Below are positions 18,078 through 29,119 of a DNA stretch of 64,000 bases, one piece after another. This DNA is from an uncultured delta proteobacterium (GTDB lineage: Bacteria; Desulfobacterota; Binatia; UBA9968): assembly GCA_963804165.1 (NCBI GenBank), contig CAWDPO010000025.1:32001-96000 (forward strand). The letters run 5' to 3'. Made by a program: the position numbers and the translations under genes. Below the pieces are notes generated by a model. It was not told the origin of the DNA, did no database searches, and saw only the letters and a program-made list of their open reading frames with translations. Within the stretch, counting starts at the first letter, position 1; each line of letters begins with the position of its first letter.

Positions 18078-19691
18078 CTATCGCGGCTGCTTCAGCACGT
18101 GCTTGGCCAGCCGGAGCGCCAAGGCGACGATGGTCCAAGTGGGATTCGCGTAACCGCAGGTCGGAAAAACCGAGCTCCCCGCAATAAATAAATTCTCCAC
18201 CCCGTGCACTTTGCAATTTGCGTCGACAACGCCGCTGCGAGGATGCTCGCCCATGCGGGTCGTTCCAATGTGGTGGGAGGCATCGGTGTAAGAAAGGGTG
18301 TCAAGCTCGCTGGGGTTTGTGTCGAGACAACCGATGTTATTTTTTCGCAGATACTGATCGAATAATTCCTGCAGGCGCACAACGGTTCGCGTTTCCTCGG
18401 CGCCGACTTTCCAGTCAAGAATCAGGCGATTCATGTTGAGCTTATCCCGCTCCTCGCTGAGGAACACTCTGCTCGCCGGGTTTGGCGCCTGCTCGCAATA
18501 GTTCACGATGATCAGCTCGGAGACATCCTTGCCGAACCTTCGACGCGCGGCTTTGAACATCCGGTAAAGAAAATGCGGCATCAGCTCTCGAGGGGCCAAA
18601 AGATAGATCAACTCCGGGATGTTGGCCAATTTCACGTCGGAAAACGTAAAGCGTTTGCCGGAATAACCTCGCCTGAGGAGTATTTTCGCGGAGTGAACAA
18701 ACGATTGATATGCCTTCGCCGCCTGCGGCGACCATTGCCGCTCGAGGCTGAGATAGTTGTTTAAAAGGCCCTCCTTACGTTGCACGTTCTCGGACAATTG
18801 GACGCTGATCTGTCCCATTCCCTCGCGCAACGGCACCGCCAGGAGCAAGGGTAGCTTTTGCTTCTCGAAAAGCCGGATTTTGCCGAATACCGTTCTTGGG
18901 TGATCCATGAAGAATCTGCCCACCAGGTCGAATTGGTTCCCTATGCCGTTGGGCTGCACGCCGCGCGAAACGAGCAATAGTCTGGCATTTTCCATTCCGC
19001 CGCAGGCCAGGATGAAGACCTTTGCCCGCAGAGTCATCCGATTTCCACTTAACGTCGCTGCCTTCACCTCATCCACCGAAGTCCCTTCTGAATTCAGCAC
19101 GACTTCGGTGACGTTGGCATTGAGGTAAACCGTCACATTGCGAGATCTTGCGAGCCTCGATCTGTACGCCGCTCCGAACCGCAACGGTTTTATGCCCCAC
19201 AATGAGATATTGGGTTTAAGGTCGGCGTTATCGAAAAGCGCTCGCTCCGCTTGGCTCAAGCCGCGTTTCAAGGTGATGTTTTCGAAGCTTTCGAAAGACG
19301 GCAATTTGAGGATCTCGGCGGCTTTGCCGTAGTAGTTTTGCACCTCGCTGTAACTGATGGGCCAGCCGCTATTGGCAATCCAATCTCTCTTTTCGAAATC
19401 GAACTCCGTCAATTTCATGCTGCGGCCCGCCCAGAGATTGCAGGTGCCGCCAAAGTAGCGCGCGCGCGCCATGAAGTTTTCGCGCACAGGGTAGCCAGCC
19501 ACGTCAACATCGCAAAGGGACTGTACCTCTTCATCCGGATTATAGCTGCCGCTTTCGAGGAGGCAGACAGATTGCGGAGTTCCGTTTAGTTCTTGCGCGA
19601 GCGTAATGCCTGCCGCCCCCGCGCCGACGATGCAGATGTCGGTGTTTAGAATGGAGTTCGATGGAAGCTTATTTGCGTCCTTGATGCTCAC
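18078..19691 (-). CDS. GMC family FAD oxidoreductase
   Basis: GAGAAG, GGTCNLW, LACGGMENARLLL, VGRFFMDH, HHIGTTRMG, ANPTWT. Confidence 0.9.
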   Translation of the reverse strand: MSIKDANKLPSNSILNTDICIVGAGAAGITLAQELNGTPQSVCLLESGSYNPDEEVQSLCDVDVAGYPVRENFMARARYFGGTCNLWAGRSMKLTEFDFEKRDWIANSGWPISYSEVQNYYGKAAEILKLPSFESFENITLKRGLSQAERALFDNADLKPNISLWGIKPLRFGAAYRSRLARSRNVTVYLNANVTEVVLNSEGTSVDEVKAATLSGNRMTLRAKVFILACGGMENARLLLVSRGVQPNGIGNQFDLVGRFFMDHPRTVFGKIRLFEKQKLPLLLAVPLREGMGQISVQLSENVQRKEGLLNNYLSLERQWSPQAAKAYQSFVHSAKILLRRGYSGKRFTFSDVKLANIPELIYLLAPRELMPHFLYRMFKAARRRFGKDVSELIIVNYCEQAPNPASRVFLSEERDKLNMNRLILDWKVGAEETRTVVRLQELFDQYLRKNNIGCLDTNPSELDTLSYTDASHHIGTTRMGEHPRSGVVDANCKVHGVENLFIAGSSVFPTCGYANPTWTIVALALRLAKHVLKQPR

Positions 19692-19966
19692 CCCGTTTTC
19701 CTTTCAACAGTCGAGTGCATTATCGGTAGTTTCAACGAATGCCCAGAAGGCACGGCTATTCCAATGATGCCGTGGGATCACGTGCCGGTTGCGTTCCCAA
19801 AGTTTGAGTTCAAATGTGAGAGACAGGCGGAGAAGCACGGAGGGTTAAATAAGTTGGCTTTCGATTCTCGAACGCACAAGTATGGAATATCATCTAAACG
19901 GGGGACGTGCAATTTTCACATAGCATCGTGGCATGGGCAGACCCGATAACATTTTGGTGGTCGCCG

Positions 19967-20977
19967 TCATTCAACCTTCAAATTGAACACCGCCCTGGCG
20001 TTGTCTTCGAAGATCTTCTTGCGATCCGCCGCGCTCAACCACTCGATGTTCTCGATCATCGGTTTGACGTTGTCCATGGAACGGCCCGTTGCCGGGTCAA
20101 CGGAAGATCCCACGCCCGGGCACTCGGTGCCGAATAGGCAGCGGTCGACGCCGACTGTTTTTATCAGCAGACGCAGCGCATCTTCGGTATACAGCACTGT
20201 ATCGTAATAGAGTTTGCGCATGCCGTCCGAAAATCGTCCGCCGGTCCCGCGCCGCAATGACGGCGCTTCGAAGCGGCCCAGCTGGTAGGGAATCGCGCCA
20301 CCGCCGTGACTGACGATGACTTTAAGATTGGGAAAATCGTTCAAGACGTTCGAGTTGACTAGACCGAAGACCGCAATGGATTCTTCATTGATAAAATGCA
20401 CGGAGTAAGGACTGCGCTCCGAGCGCGAGCCCGTGCCGTGGATATGCGCCGGCACGTCCAACTCGCAGAGCTTTTCATAGAGCGGATACCAGTAGCGATC
20501 GCCGAGCGGCGGCGCTTCCGTGCCGCTGTTTTCGTACGGGTCGGGATTCAAGAGACAACCGACAAATCCGAGCTGCTTCACGCAGCGTTCGAGTTCGGGA
20601 ATCGCATTTTGAATCGGATCGCCCGCCGTTTGCGGCAGGGCGCAGACGCCGATCCACTTGCCGGAAAAAAGCTTCATCTGGCGGTGGATGATGTTGTTGC
20701 ACTCCTCGGTGAACCAGTGAACGAGCTTGGCCGGCTTCTCCGACTGCATCAACTGAAACGGCCGCGGCGAAATAAGCTGCACATCGGTGCCGTGATCGCG
20801 CATGTAATCCAGATGGCCTTTCGCCCAGTTTTCCTTACGATTAGCCGCCGCGCGGATTTCCTCATCCGATACATTGACGCCGCCGCGCCCGTGCGCGCCG
20901 CGCGCCGAGAGCAGGTTAGCCTTGTAAGCCCAGAGTTCGGTCGGCGCGGAAACGTGGCCGTGGATGTCGATAATCAT
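19967..20977 (-). CDS. ligY: Amidohydrolase-superfamily C-C hydrolase, LigY-like
   Basis: MIIDIHGHVSAP..LWAYK, ISPRPFQ, LNPDPYEN, YWYPLYEKLCELD, SHGGGAIPYQLGRF, FGTECPGVGS closely match my recollection of Sphingobium LigY; not checked by alignment. Confidence 0.7.
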   Translation of the reverse strand: MIIDIHGHVSAPTELWAYKANLLSARGAHGRGGVNVSDEEIRAAANRKENWAKGHLDYMRDHGTDVQLISPRPFQLMQSEKPAKLVHWFTEECNNIIHRQMKLFSGKWIGVCALPQTAGDPIQNAIPELERCVKQLGFVGCLLNPDPYENSGTEAPPLGDRYWYPLYEKLCELDVPAHIHGTGSRSERSPYSVHFINEESIAVFGLVNSNVLNDFPNLKVIVSHGGGAIPYQLGRFEAPSLRRGTGGRFSDGMRKLYYDTVLYTEDALRLLIKTVGVDRCLFGTECPGVGSSVDPATGRSMDNVKPMIENIEWLSAADRKKIFEDNARAVFNLKVE

Positions 20978-21174
20978 GGTTATCTTCCTTATGATACTAA
21001 AAATTGTGCTGCACGCGTCTTCTCATCCAGGATTAGATATTCGCTTTTCTCGTACTCCCGCCGAATTGTCAAATCAACAGATGATCTCGACCGTCGCTCG
21101 TGAACGCCGTCGCCCTTGAGCTGTATTATGTCCGCGTTACCGGTTGTCGGGAGCACGTGGCCAGTGGGTCGTAA

Positions 21175-21326
21175 GAAGTGAAAGTTCGTCATGCCGGCGA
21201 ACGCCGGCATCCAGGTTCGTTTTGCGGTTCAAGTTCCAGAACCGTCTGGATTCCGGCTTCCGCCGGAATGACGGGAACAAAGTCGACTTCCAATCGACAA
21301 ATTCAGAACCCCTTGGCTTGGAGCCG
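21175..21326. repeat. Composite dispersed repeat, copy 1
   Basis: Colinear with 44502-44680: GAAGTGAAAGTTCGTCATGCCGGC...TGGATTCCGGCTT...GGAATGACGG...AGTCGACTTCCAA...AATTCAGAACCC...TTGGAGCCG. Confidence 0.85.
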
Positions 21327-21500
21327 AGGGCCGTTCAGTTGACGGTTGACAGCGAAATTGTGTCCGCAGTAAGGCTGATCTTAGTTCGGTGTCGGGCTGG
21401 TCAATTTGCGCAAGTCGATTGGTGGTCGGCAACGCGCCGCTGCGGGTCGTCAGTTCCTCGGCACTAACAGAAAATTGCTGTTGCAGTCAGGAAGGACGAT

Positions 21501-22517
21501 ATGAAAGTCATGAACGTGCAGCGATTCGTGCTGCTGCTGGTTATTTGCCTGGCGTCATCGGCAAACGCCCAGAGCCAAACCAAAGATCGCGCCAAGCTCA
21601 TCGAAGAGGCCAAGAAAGAAGGCAAGGTTTTAGTCTACGTTTCCTCAAATGCGTCGGACGCCAGAGCTTTGAAATCCGCGTTCGAAAAAAAGTATCCCTT
21701 TATTAACATGGAGTTCTACAGCTCCGGCAAAGACGCGCTGCTCGCCCGTTATTTGCTCGAAGCGCGCACCGGCACTTACCTTGCCGACGTCTATCAGTCG
21801 AGTGTCTTTCCGATCATGAATTTAGTCGAGAAAGGCCTGCTGGCCAAGTATTACTCGCCGGAGCGCGAAGGATACATCGACGCGCTGCGCGACAAAGACG
21901 GCTACTGGAACGCAACTTATTTGAATGCCGTCACCATGGCGTACAATTCGCGTCTCGTGAAACCCGACGAAGTGCCCGCGAGCTATCAAGAGCTGCTCTT
22001 GCCGAAATGGAAGGGGAAAATGGGTTTCGTGCTCAGCCACACCGAGTGGTACTTCGCCATGCTGCAGTTCATGGGTGAAGACAAGGGAAGACAATACATG
22101 GAGGCGCTGAGCAAGCAGAACATTCACGCGCGCATCGGCAGCTCGCTGATGAATCAGCTGATGATGGCCGGCGAATTCCCCTTGCTCATTTCGCAATATC
22201 CGACAGGCGTGGAAGAGATCAAAAAGACCGGCGCGCCGATCGATTGGGTGCCGCTCGATCCGTGGTTCGTCTATCCGATCGGCATCGCCGTCACCGCCAA
22301 AAACTCCCATCCCGCCGCGGCGCGGCTTTATCTCGATTTCATCCTATCGGAGGAGGGACAAACTTTCATGCGCCAGCTGAGCCGCATCCCGGCGCGCAGG
22401 GATATCCTGCCCAATCCACCGCGATTGATGCAGGGCCGCAAGCTGTTTGTTATCAAGCCGGCGTCGAGCGCGATATACAACAAGTACAACAGCGAGATGC
22501 TGCGCTATTTTCGTTGA
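21501..22517 (+). CDS. Extracellular solute-binding protein (iron(III)/AfuA-like)
   Basis: Signal peptide; EAKKEGKVLVY, LLLPKWKGK, SHPAAARLYLDF. Confidence 0.85.
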   Translation: MKVMNVQRFVLLLVICLASSANAQSQTKDRAKLIEEAKKEGKVLVYVSSNASDARALKSAFEKKYPFINMEFYSSGKDALLARYLLEARTGTYLADVYQSSVFPIMNLVEKGLLAKYYSPEREGYIDALRDKDGYWNATYLNAVTMAYNSRLVKPDEVPASYQELLLPKWKGKMGFVLSHTEWYFAMLQFMGEDKGRQYMEALSKQNIHARIGSSLMNQLMMAGEFPLLISQYPTGVEEIKKTGAPIDWVPLDPWFVYPIGIAVTAKNSHPAAARLYLDFILSEEGQTFMRQLSRIPARRDILPNPPRLMQGRKLFVIKPASSAIYNKYNSEMLRYFR

Positions 22518-22632
22518 GTTTTACAATTGCGCGGGGCTAAGAAAGTATCCTCAGTAAACAATGAAGTCTTAGGTCATCGATCGACGCGAACGCTTCGATA
22601 AGGTTGAGTTAGCACAGCCTCTATCTATTCAT

Positions 22633-24009
22633 ATGAGCAGGCCATCAGCTGCGGAAATATCGCCGGTCATGGGCCGGCTGAGCGCTTACATTGCAGCGGC
22701 GCTGCGCCGGCCGCTCCCGCCCGCGGTGGTCGAGAAGACCAAGCATCACATCCTCGATACCATCGCGGCAATGATTTCCGGATCGCGTCTCGCGCCGGGC
22801 ATTAAAGCGATCGGCTATGTCAAAACTCTCGGTGGCGTCAAAGAAGCATCGGTGATCGGTAGTAATCTTGTTACGACCGCCGTAAACGCCGCATTGGCCA
22901 ACGGCATGCTCGCGCACGCCGACGAAACCGACGACTCGCATGCGCCGTCGCTGACACATCCTGGCTGCGGGATTGTTCCCGCAGCGCTGGCCATGGCCGA
23001 GCGCGAACGACGGAGCGGAGCGGCGCTGGTGCGCGCAGTGGCACTCGGTTACGACGTCGGCTGCCGGTTGACGCTGTCGCTCCACGCATATCAGTTCCGC
23101 GAGGACGGCCATTCGACACACAGTTTCGGACCGATGTTCGGAGCCGCCGCGGCCGCCGGGGCTCTGGCGGGATTAAAAGAGCGCGAGGTGCGTCACACGC
23201 TCTCGTTTACCGCCCAACAAGCCTCTGGTGTCTCGTGCTGGATGCGCGACGGGGAGCATATCGAAAAGGCATTCGATTTTGGCGGAATGCCGGCGCGCAA
23301 CGGCGTCGCGGCGGCCACGATGGTCGCCCATGGTTTCACCGGCGTCGATGACGTGTTCGCCGGGGAACGCAGCTTTTTTGTCGCCTACGGCCGCAAGCCC
23401 GATCCCGACGTCCTGACTCGCGGACTCGGCGCCACTTATGAAATCGTCAACACGAACATCAAACGCTGGTCGGTGGGCTCACCGATCCAGGCGCCCCTCG
23501 ATTCGCTGCGCGAGCTCATCCGCGAGCACGGCATCAAAGCCGAAGACGTTGACCAAGTCGTGGTGCGTGTGGCGCACCAGGGCGCGAACACCGTCGACAA
23601 TCGCGATATGCCCGACATTTGCCTGCAGCACATGTGCGCGATCATGTTGATCGACGGCACCATCACTTTCCAAACATCGCACGATCGCAAGCGCATGCGC
23701 GAGCGTAATGTTTTGGCGCTGCGCAAGCGCGTCGAACTCCGGGGCGACGACGCGTTGTCCGCGGCGATGCCGAGCCGCCAAGGCATCGTCGAGATCCGGC
23801 TGCGCGACGGACGCGAGCTCAAGCATCACACTAAAGGCGTACGCGGCAGCGCGGAGAATCCGATGACGCGCGCCGAAGTCGATGAGAAAAGCTTCGACCT
23901 GATGGCACCGGTGATCGGCAAGGCCCGCGCGCGCAAGCTGTGCGACGCTGTCTGGAAGCTGGAGCAGGTTCGCGACATTCGCTGCGTGCGTCTGCTACTC
24001 CGCGGCTGA
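22633..24009 (+). CDS. MmgE/PrpD family protein
   Basis: AALANGMLAHADETDDSH, HPG, ARNGVAAA, GSAENPM. Confidence 0.9.
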   Translation: MSRPSAAEISPVMGRLSAYIAAALRRPLPPAVVEKTKHHILDTIAAMISGSRLAPGIKAIGYVKTLGGVKEASVIGSNLVTTAVNAALANGMLAHADETDDSHAPSLTHPGCGIVPAALAMAERERRSGAALVRAVALGYDVGCRLTLSLHAYQFREDGHSTHSFGPMFGAAAAAGALAGLKEREVRHTLSFTAQQASGVSCWMRDGEHIEKAFDFGGMPARNGVAAATMVAHGFTGVDDVFAGERSFFVAYGRKPDPDVLTRGLGATYEIVNTNIKRWSVGSPIQAPLDSLRELIREHGIKAEDVDQVVVRVAHQGANTVDNRDMPDICLQHMCAIMLIDGTITFQTSHDRKRMRERNVLALRKRVELRGDDALSAAMPSRQGIVEIRLRDGRELKHHTKGVRGSAENPMTRAEVDEKSFDLMAPVIGKARARKLCDAVWKLEQVRDIRCVRLLLRG

Positions 24010-24241
24010 TGCCGGAGCTAGGATTTGCAAATTGTTTCCTTGACGAAACGTGAACAAATCAGTGCTCAAGGTCGGTTGACATGACGCTCCCTTATCGACT
24101 AGCGTCCGCCTCGAAGGGGCATCGGATGATTGGTATTTGTCGACTCGTAAATAGCCGCCTTGCCGTCGCTGATGGAGCCGATTGTCAGTTCTCCGCGTCC
24201 GGCCTCAAAAATAAAATTCATTATTTAAATAGGAGGGGACA

Positions 24242-25183
24242 ATGTTCGCTATCCGCAAGATGCTGACTGCCTTGGCTGTGTTCGCGTTTCTCTGCGGTCC
24301 GGCTGCCGCGCAACAGGTCACGTTCATGACCGGTCCGCAGGGCGGGGTGTGGGTCCCGCTCGGCGGCGCGCTGAAGGGAATGTGGGAAAAAGCGATCCCG
24401 GGCCTGCAGGTCACCGCAACACCCGGCGCAGGCATCGCGAACGTACGCGGCGTGGACGAAGACAAGGCGCATATTGGCTTCGCCAACACCATCACGACGG
24501 TGGACGGGATCGAAGGCCGGCCGCCTTATCCCAAAAAGGTGACCAAGGTGTGCCAGTTGGCAAATATCTACCCGCAGTACTTCCAGGTCGTGGTACTGGC
24601 GAGCGCGAAGATCAATTCGGTTGCAGACCTCAAGGGCAAACCCATCGTCGTGCAACCCAAGGGCAACACGGCCGAGCTCGTCACGCAGCATATCCTGCAG
24701 GTGCACGGTCTAACCTATTCCCAGGTCAAGGCGAGCTTCCAGGCGTCCTACACCGACGCCGTTGATCTGATGAAGGATGGGCACGCGCAGGCGTTCACCC
24801 TCGGTACCACTGTGCCCGCGTCCTCGGTAATGGACCTCGCGAGCGCACGCGAAATCAAACTGATCGGGATCGACGACAAGATCTTCTCGGACATGAAAAA
24901 GATCAATCCGGGATATTCCAGAAGCACGATCCCGGCGAACACCTATCCCAGGCAGGACAAGCCGCTGGACGTGATCGGATACGCCACGCACATCGTGGTG
25001 GCGTGCAACCTGCCGGAACAGCTGGTCTACAACATGGTAAAGACCATGGCCGCAAACGTGAGCGAGATGACTTTAGTGAACAAAGCGATTACGGGCCTGA
25101 CGCCTAAGATGATGGCCGAGGACGTGGGTGTGCCGTTCCACTCCGGCGCGGCAAAGTTTTACAAAGAAGCGAAAGCGAACTGA
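24242..25183 (+). CDS. TAXI family TRAP transporter solute-binding protein
   Basis: Signal peptide; TGPQGGVWVPLG, MKDGHAQA, VPFHSGAAKFYKE. Confidence 0.9.
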   Translation: MFAIRKMLTALAVFAFLCGPAAAQQVTFMTGPQGGVWVPLGGALKGMWEKAIPGLQVTATPGAGIANVRGVDEDKAHIGFANTITTVDGIEGRPPYPKKVTKVCQLANIYPQYFQVVVLASAKINSVADLKGKPIVVQPKGNTAELVTQHILQVHGLTYSQVKASFQASYTDAVDLMKDGHAQAFTLGTTVPASSVMDLASAREIKLIGIDDKIFSDMKKINPGYSRSTIPANTYPRQDKPLDVIGYATHIVVACNLPEQLVYNMVKTMAANVSEMTLVNKAITGLTPKMMAEDVGVPFHSGAAKFYKEAKAN

Positions 25184-25215
25184 TCGCGGCGGAGTAGCAC
25201 TGCAGCAGCGGCGAC

Positions 25216-27132
25216 ATGTCCGAACTGCGTTGGGTTGGAGAAATACAAGTGGACGAGGAACAGGCCGCAACGGCTCCGCAAGCGAAGTTCCTAAAGCTCC
25301 TGATCTCGATCATCGCGATCGCGATGTCGCTCTATCACATGTACGTGGCGGCGATTGGACCGCCTGAGGCTTACTTCTTCCGCGGCACCCACCTGCTGTT
25401 TACCATGACGCTCATTTTTTTGCTTTACCCGCTCAAACCCGGCGGTGGGTGGGCTTGGCGTCTTGTGGATCTGCTGATGCTCGCCGCGAGTTGGGGCTTC
25501 ATCCTGCACATCTTCATCAACTACGACTACGTCATCAACCGCATCATCTACATAGACGAGCTGACGTTATCCGACAAGCTCTATTCGATCCTCGCCGTAC
25601 TCCTCGTGCTTGAAGCTACCCGCCGTGTGCTCGGCTGGGGGTTGTCACTCACCGCCATCGGCTTTCTCGCGTATCCGATTTTTTTCTCAACCGTCAGAGC
25701 TTCGGTACTGATGGAGCAGCTGTATCTCTCCACCGAGGGAATATTCGGCTCGACGCTCGGCGTTTCCGCGAGCTACGTGATGCTATTCGTAGTGTTCGGC
25801 GCCTTTATGGAGAAGAGTGGCGTGGGGAAACTCTTCATGGATTTTGCGGTTTCGATTACCGGGCATACCGCAGGCGGGCCGGGCAAGGTGTCGGTCGTGA
25901 GCTCGAGCCTGTTCGGCACCGTCTCGGGCAGCGCGGTCGCAAACGTCATGGTGGATGGTCCGATGACGATCCCGCTCATGAAGCGCAGCGGTTTCCGTCC
26001 CCACTTCGCGGCGGCAGTCGAGGCCACCGCTTCAACGGGCGGGCAGATCATGCCGCCGGTAATGGGCGCGGCGGCATTCGTGATGGCGGAATTCCTCGCG
26101 GTTTCGTACTTCCAGGTGACGATCTGGGCCATCATCCCGGCGATCCTGTACTACGTGGCGGTGTTCTTTGCGGTGCACTTCGAAGCCAAGCGTTACGGCC
26201 TTTTGGGAGTTCCGAAGGCGGAGCTTCCCAAGCTGAGCGAAGTCATGCGTGAGCGTGGCCACCTGTTCGTCCCTATCTTCATCGTCTTCGTCGGTCTCAT
26301 TGCCGGCTACAGCGCGCCGCTTTGCGCGCTAGTCGCGACTCTCGCCTGCCTACCAACGGCGCTGCTGCGCCAGACCACGCGTACAGGCATTACCTGGATG
26401 AGTGCGTTCGGTGCCCTCGAAGAGGGCGCGAAGGGCACGCTCCCGGTCGCCATCGCCTGCGCCTGCGCCGGCATCGTGATCGGCTCCACGACGATCACCG
26501 GCCTCGGTATCACTTTCACGCAATTCGTTGTCTCACTATCGCAGAACATGCTGCCGTTGGCGCTCCTGCTGACCGCGATCGCCGGCATCGTGCTAGGGCT
26601 CGGCTTGCCGACCACGCCGTCTTATATCGTCATGGTGGCGCTGCTCGTGCCGGCGCTGATCAAGCTCGGCGCGGTAACGCCGGCTGCCCACATGTTCGCG
26701 TTTTATTTCGCGATCCTGTCGGCGATCACCCCGCCAGTGGCGCTCGCGGTATTTGCCGCCGCGACTCTCGCCAAGGCCAATATGTGGGACGCCGGATGGG
26801 CGGCTATGCGCGTCGGCGCAGCCGGCTACATCGTGCCATTCATGTTCGTTTACGAGCCGGCACTGCTGATGATCGGCCCCTGGTATGTCACGGTACTGGC
26901 CTTCGCGAGCGCCGTGATCGGCGTGATGACCTTGGCCGCGAGCCTGCACGGTTATCTGCTCGGTGCGCTTTCGATGTGGCAGCGGGTGGTGCTTTTCGTT
27001 CCCGCGATTCTGCTGATCGCTCCCGAGCTCATCAGTTCGATAGTCGGGCTCGCGCTGCTGGCCGCTGTCGCCATCAACCAGGGACTGCTGAAGCGTATCA
27101 GGCCTGCCGCTAGTCCTGCGGCGGCAAAATAA
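25216..27132 (+). CDS. TRAP transporter fused 4TM/12TM permease
   Basis: GGPGKVSVVSS, SGSAVAN, ASTGGQIMPPVMGAAAF, SAITPPVALA. Confidence 0.92.
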   Translation: MSELRWVGEIQVDEEQAATAPQAKFLKLLISIIAIAMSLYHMYVAAIGPPEAYFFRGTHLLFTMTLIFLLYPLKPGGGWAWRLVDLLMLAASWGFILHIFINYDYVINRIIYIDELTLSDKLYSILAVLLVLEATRRVLGWGLSLTAIGFLAYPIFFSTVRASVLMEQLYLSTEGIFGSTLGVSASYVMLFVVFGAFMEKSGVGKLFMDFAVSITGHTAGGPGKVSVVSSSLFGTVSGSAVANVMVDGPMTIPLMKRSGFRPHFAAAVEATASTGGQIMPPVMGAAAFVMAEFLAVSYFQVTIWAIIPAILYYVAVFFAVHFEAKRYGLLGVPKAELPKLSEVMRERGHLFVPIFIVFVGLIAGYSAPLCALVATLACLPTALLRQTTRTGITWMSAFGALEEGAKGTLPVAIACACAGIVIGSTTITGLGITFTQFVVSLSQNMLPLALLLTAIAGIVLGLGLPTTPSYIVMVALLVPALIKLGAVTPAAHMFAFYFAILSAITPPVALAVFAAATLAKANMWDAGWAAMRVGAAGYIVPFMFVYEPALLMIGPWYVTVLAFASAVIGVMTLAASLHGYLLGALSMWQRVVLFVPAILLIAPELISSIVGLALLAAVAINQGLLKRIRPAASPAAAK

Positions 27133-27198
27133 AACAAATATAAGGAAGCGCATCCAATCGTCCCAAATCTGCAACGGCCTCCCCTCGTTCGCGCCCGA

Positions 27199-27299
27199 GT
27201 CACTGGCAGATCTCGCGCGCGCAAGCTTTGCGATGCGATCTGGAACCTCGAGAAGCTGCCAGATATGTTCGCAGCTTGCGCCCGCTGCTGCGCAGCTGA
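27199..27299 (+). pseudogene. 3'-terminal relic of an MmgE/PrpD paralogue
   Basis: Translates VTGRSRARKLCDAIWNLEKLPDM/(shift)/LRPLLRS*, matching the C-terminus VIGKARARKLCDAVWKLEQVRDIRCVRLLLRG* of 22633-24009. Confidence 0.75.
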
Positions 27300-27600
27300 A
27301 CGGGCGGGAGGCTCGGCACGAAGCAGGATGCGCAAGATATTCTTACCCTCCTGCAGGACGCATCGACCGAGGTGAGGACGGCCGCGCGCGAGGGCAGGTG
27401 CTGGGACCCCGTGGAGAAGGAAATGAAGCTGCCGAAATATGAGAAATGGCAGGGCTATGAAACGGCTTTGCCGTTCATTCTAAGGCGCTATTGTGGCCTA
27501 TGGGGCCGCGGCACCTGGATCGCGCTGACGACGACGGTTCGTCAAGAACTCGCGGGCTAAGCAACCTTCGGCGACGATTGGGCAAATACTATCATCAGGT

Positions 27601-28781
27601 TTACGGCAATCTCGCCAAAAGCCGGTAGATATTTCGGTAGAGCGTTTTGTGTGCTTCCACGATCGTCGGGTCGCTAAGATAACCGAATCCCACATCCAAG
27701 TGATCGAAGCTTCTCCCGGTACTTTTTTCTGCTTTCTCAAAATACCATTTGCCTTTATCGATGGACTGCCGATCAAATATGCCTTCGTCGCCTACCGAGT
27801 GCTGCCCTGCGGTAAATGGATATCTTTGAGAAATCGCACTTACCGCGCCGTCATTTTCCCGCCATGCGCTGATTTGTAAATCCCCCGTGCCCCAGCCGGG
27901 AATCGGATCAACGTCAAAATTCGCTTTGACCCCTTGGTATAGGGCGGCGGCCGCAGCGCTGGATTCATCAACGGATCAGGATAATGGTTGGAACTAAACC
28001 AAGCCTTGGTGGTTTGCTGCGTGACTACGGCTAAGTAGTAGGTACGCGGATGAGTCTGGACTGCCTTGTTGGCCTTAACCCCGCCCTGCAAAGTGAGATC
28101 GAAAGCCAGATTGTCTTCTCCTCTGGCAAAGTCACTTTTTTCCAAAGCCGCGCAGATTCCCGGCAAACTCTTGTCAGGGCAATCGCCAATCCATTGATCC
28201 AGATCAAAATCGTAGAGAGTCGGCATCAGCCCCGCGCCGTTCCCCGCCGTCACGAAAATCTGCGCGACAGTGCCGATAAAATTACCGATGGGTCCCGTCA
28301 GCAATCCAGTTTTCTTATCGCAGCCCAACATGTACGGTAGCGTGCTGCCATTGAGGACCGCCGAAATATTGATAATCGCTTCGACCCAGTCAGCGCTAGA
28401 ACCCCAGCCCCAATAATCCTCCGCAAGCAGGCGCTGCAGCCGCAAACCGGTATGTCCTCCCGCGCTATGCCCGACTAAAATAACCGGGTTTTCAGCCGAC
28501 CAATTCTTGACCAGCGCCTTGTTCGAGTAATCATCGGAGAATTGTCGATGTTTGGCGGATTCACTATGAGCCTTCCCGTAATCGACCTTCGTCCCTTTGA
28601 TTTGCGCGGCGACCTCGCAGGCGCGATCATGAAACGAGCTGATCGGGCCACAGCTCGCTTCATGGACATTAAACCCGCTCGTATCTAATTTTAACGCGTA
28701 GCCCCAGTATGGAAGCCCGCGCATCTCAGAAGGTCCCCAGCCGAGCAGGCCGTGCACGAACACAATATTTTGTGATTTCAT
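27601..28781 (-). pseudogene. Lipase, family I.5/I.6-like, with one frameshift near 27950
   Basis: VFVHGLLGWG, DRACE, VDYG..H, GHSAGG in the first frame; WRENDGAVS and FDHLDV (catalytic Asp and His) in the shifted frame, ending TAA at 27601. Confidence 0.8.
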
Positions 28782-29119
28782 AGCCGACCTCGGATATTAA
28801 ATGGCGCGCGCGCAGTTGTGCTTGGTAATGACAGATTGCACTACCCGTCTCCCAAGGACGCTAGTCAATTTCCGTTGGTCTCGTCAATATAAAATTATCA
28901 CGCCGGCGGCGGAGAACCCGCGGGCTTGGAGACGGGAGCGAGTAAACATTCGTCGATGTCGAGACGAATAATGCCGTTTTGCGGATCGCGCGACGGCAGG
29001 TAATAAACAACCCCCAGTGAGTGTAGAAAACCTACGGTCGATGGCAATCTTCACCGCTTTTGTTTTGTGCTTGACGGCTGTCCATGAACTAACCTAGTTT
29101 CGCAGACGGGAGGAGAGAA

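Noticed and set aside
27372-27560. 62-aa ORF containing WDPVEKEMKLPKYEKWQGYETALPF
   Set aside because: Looks like a possible gene fragment, but I cannot assign a family or a credible start
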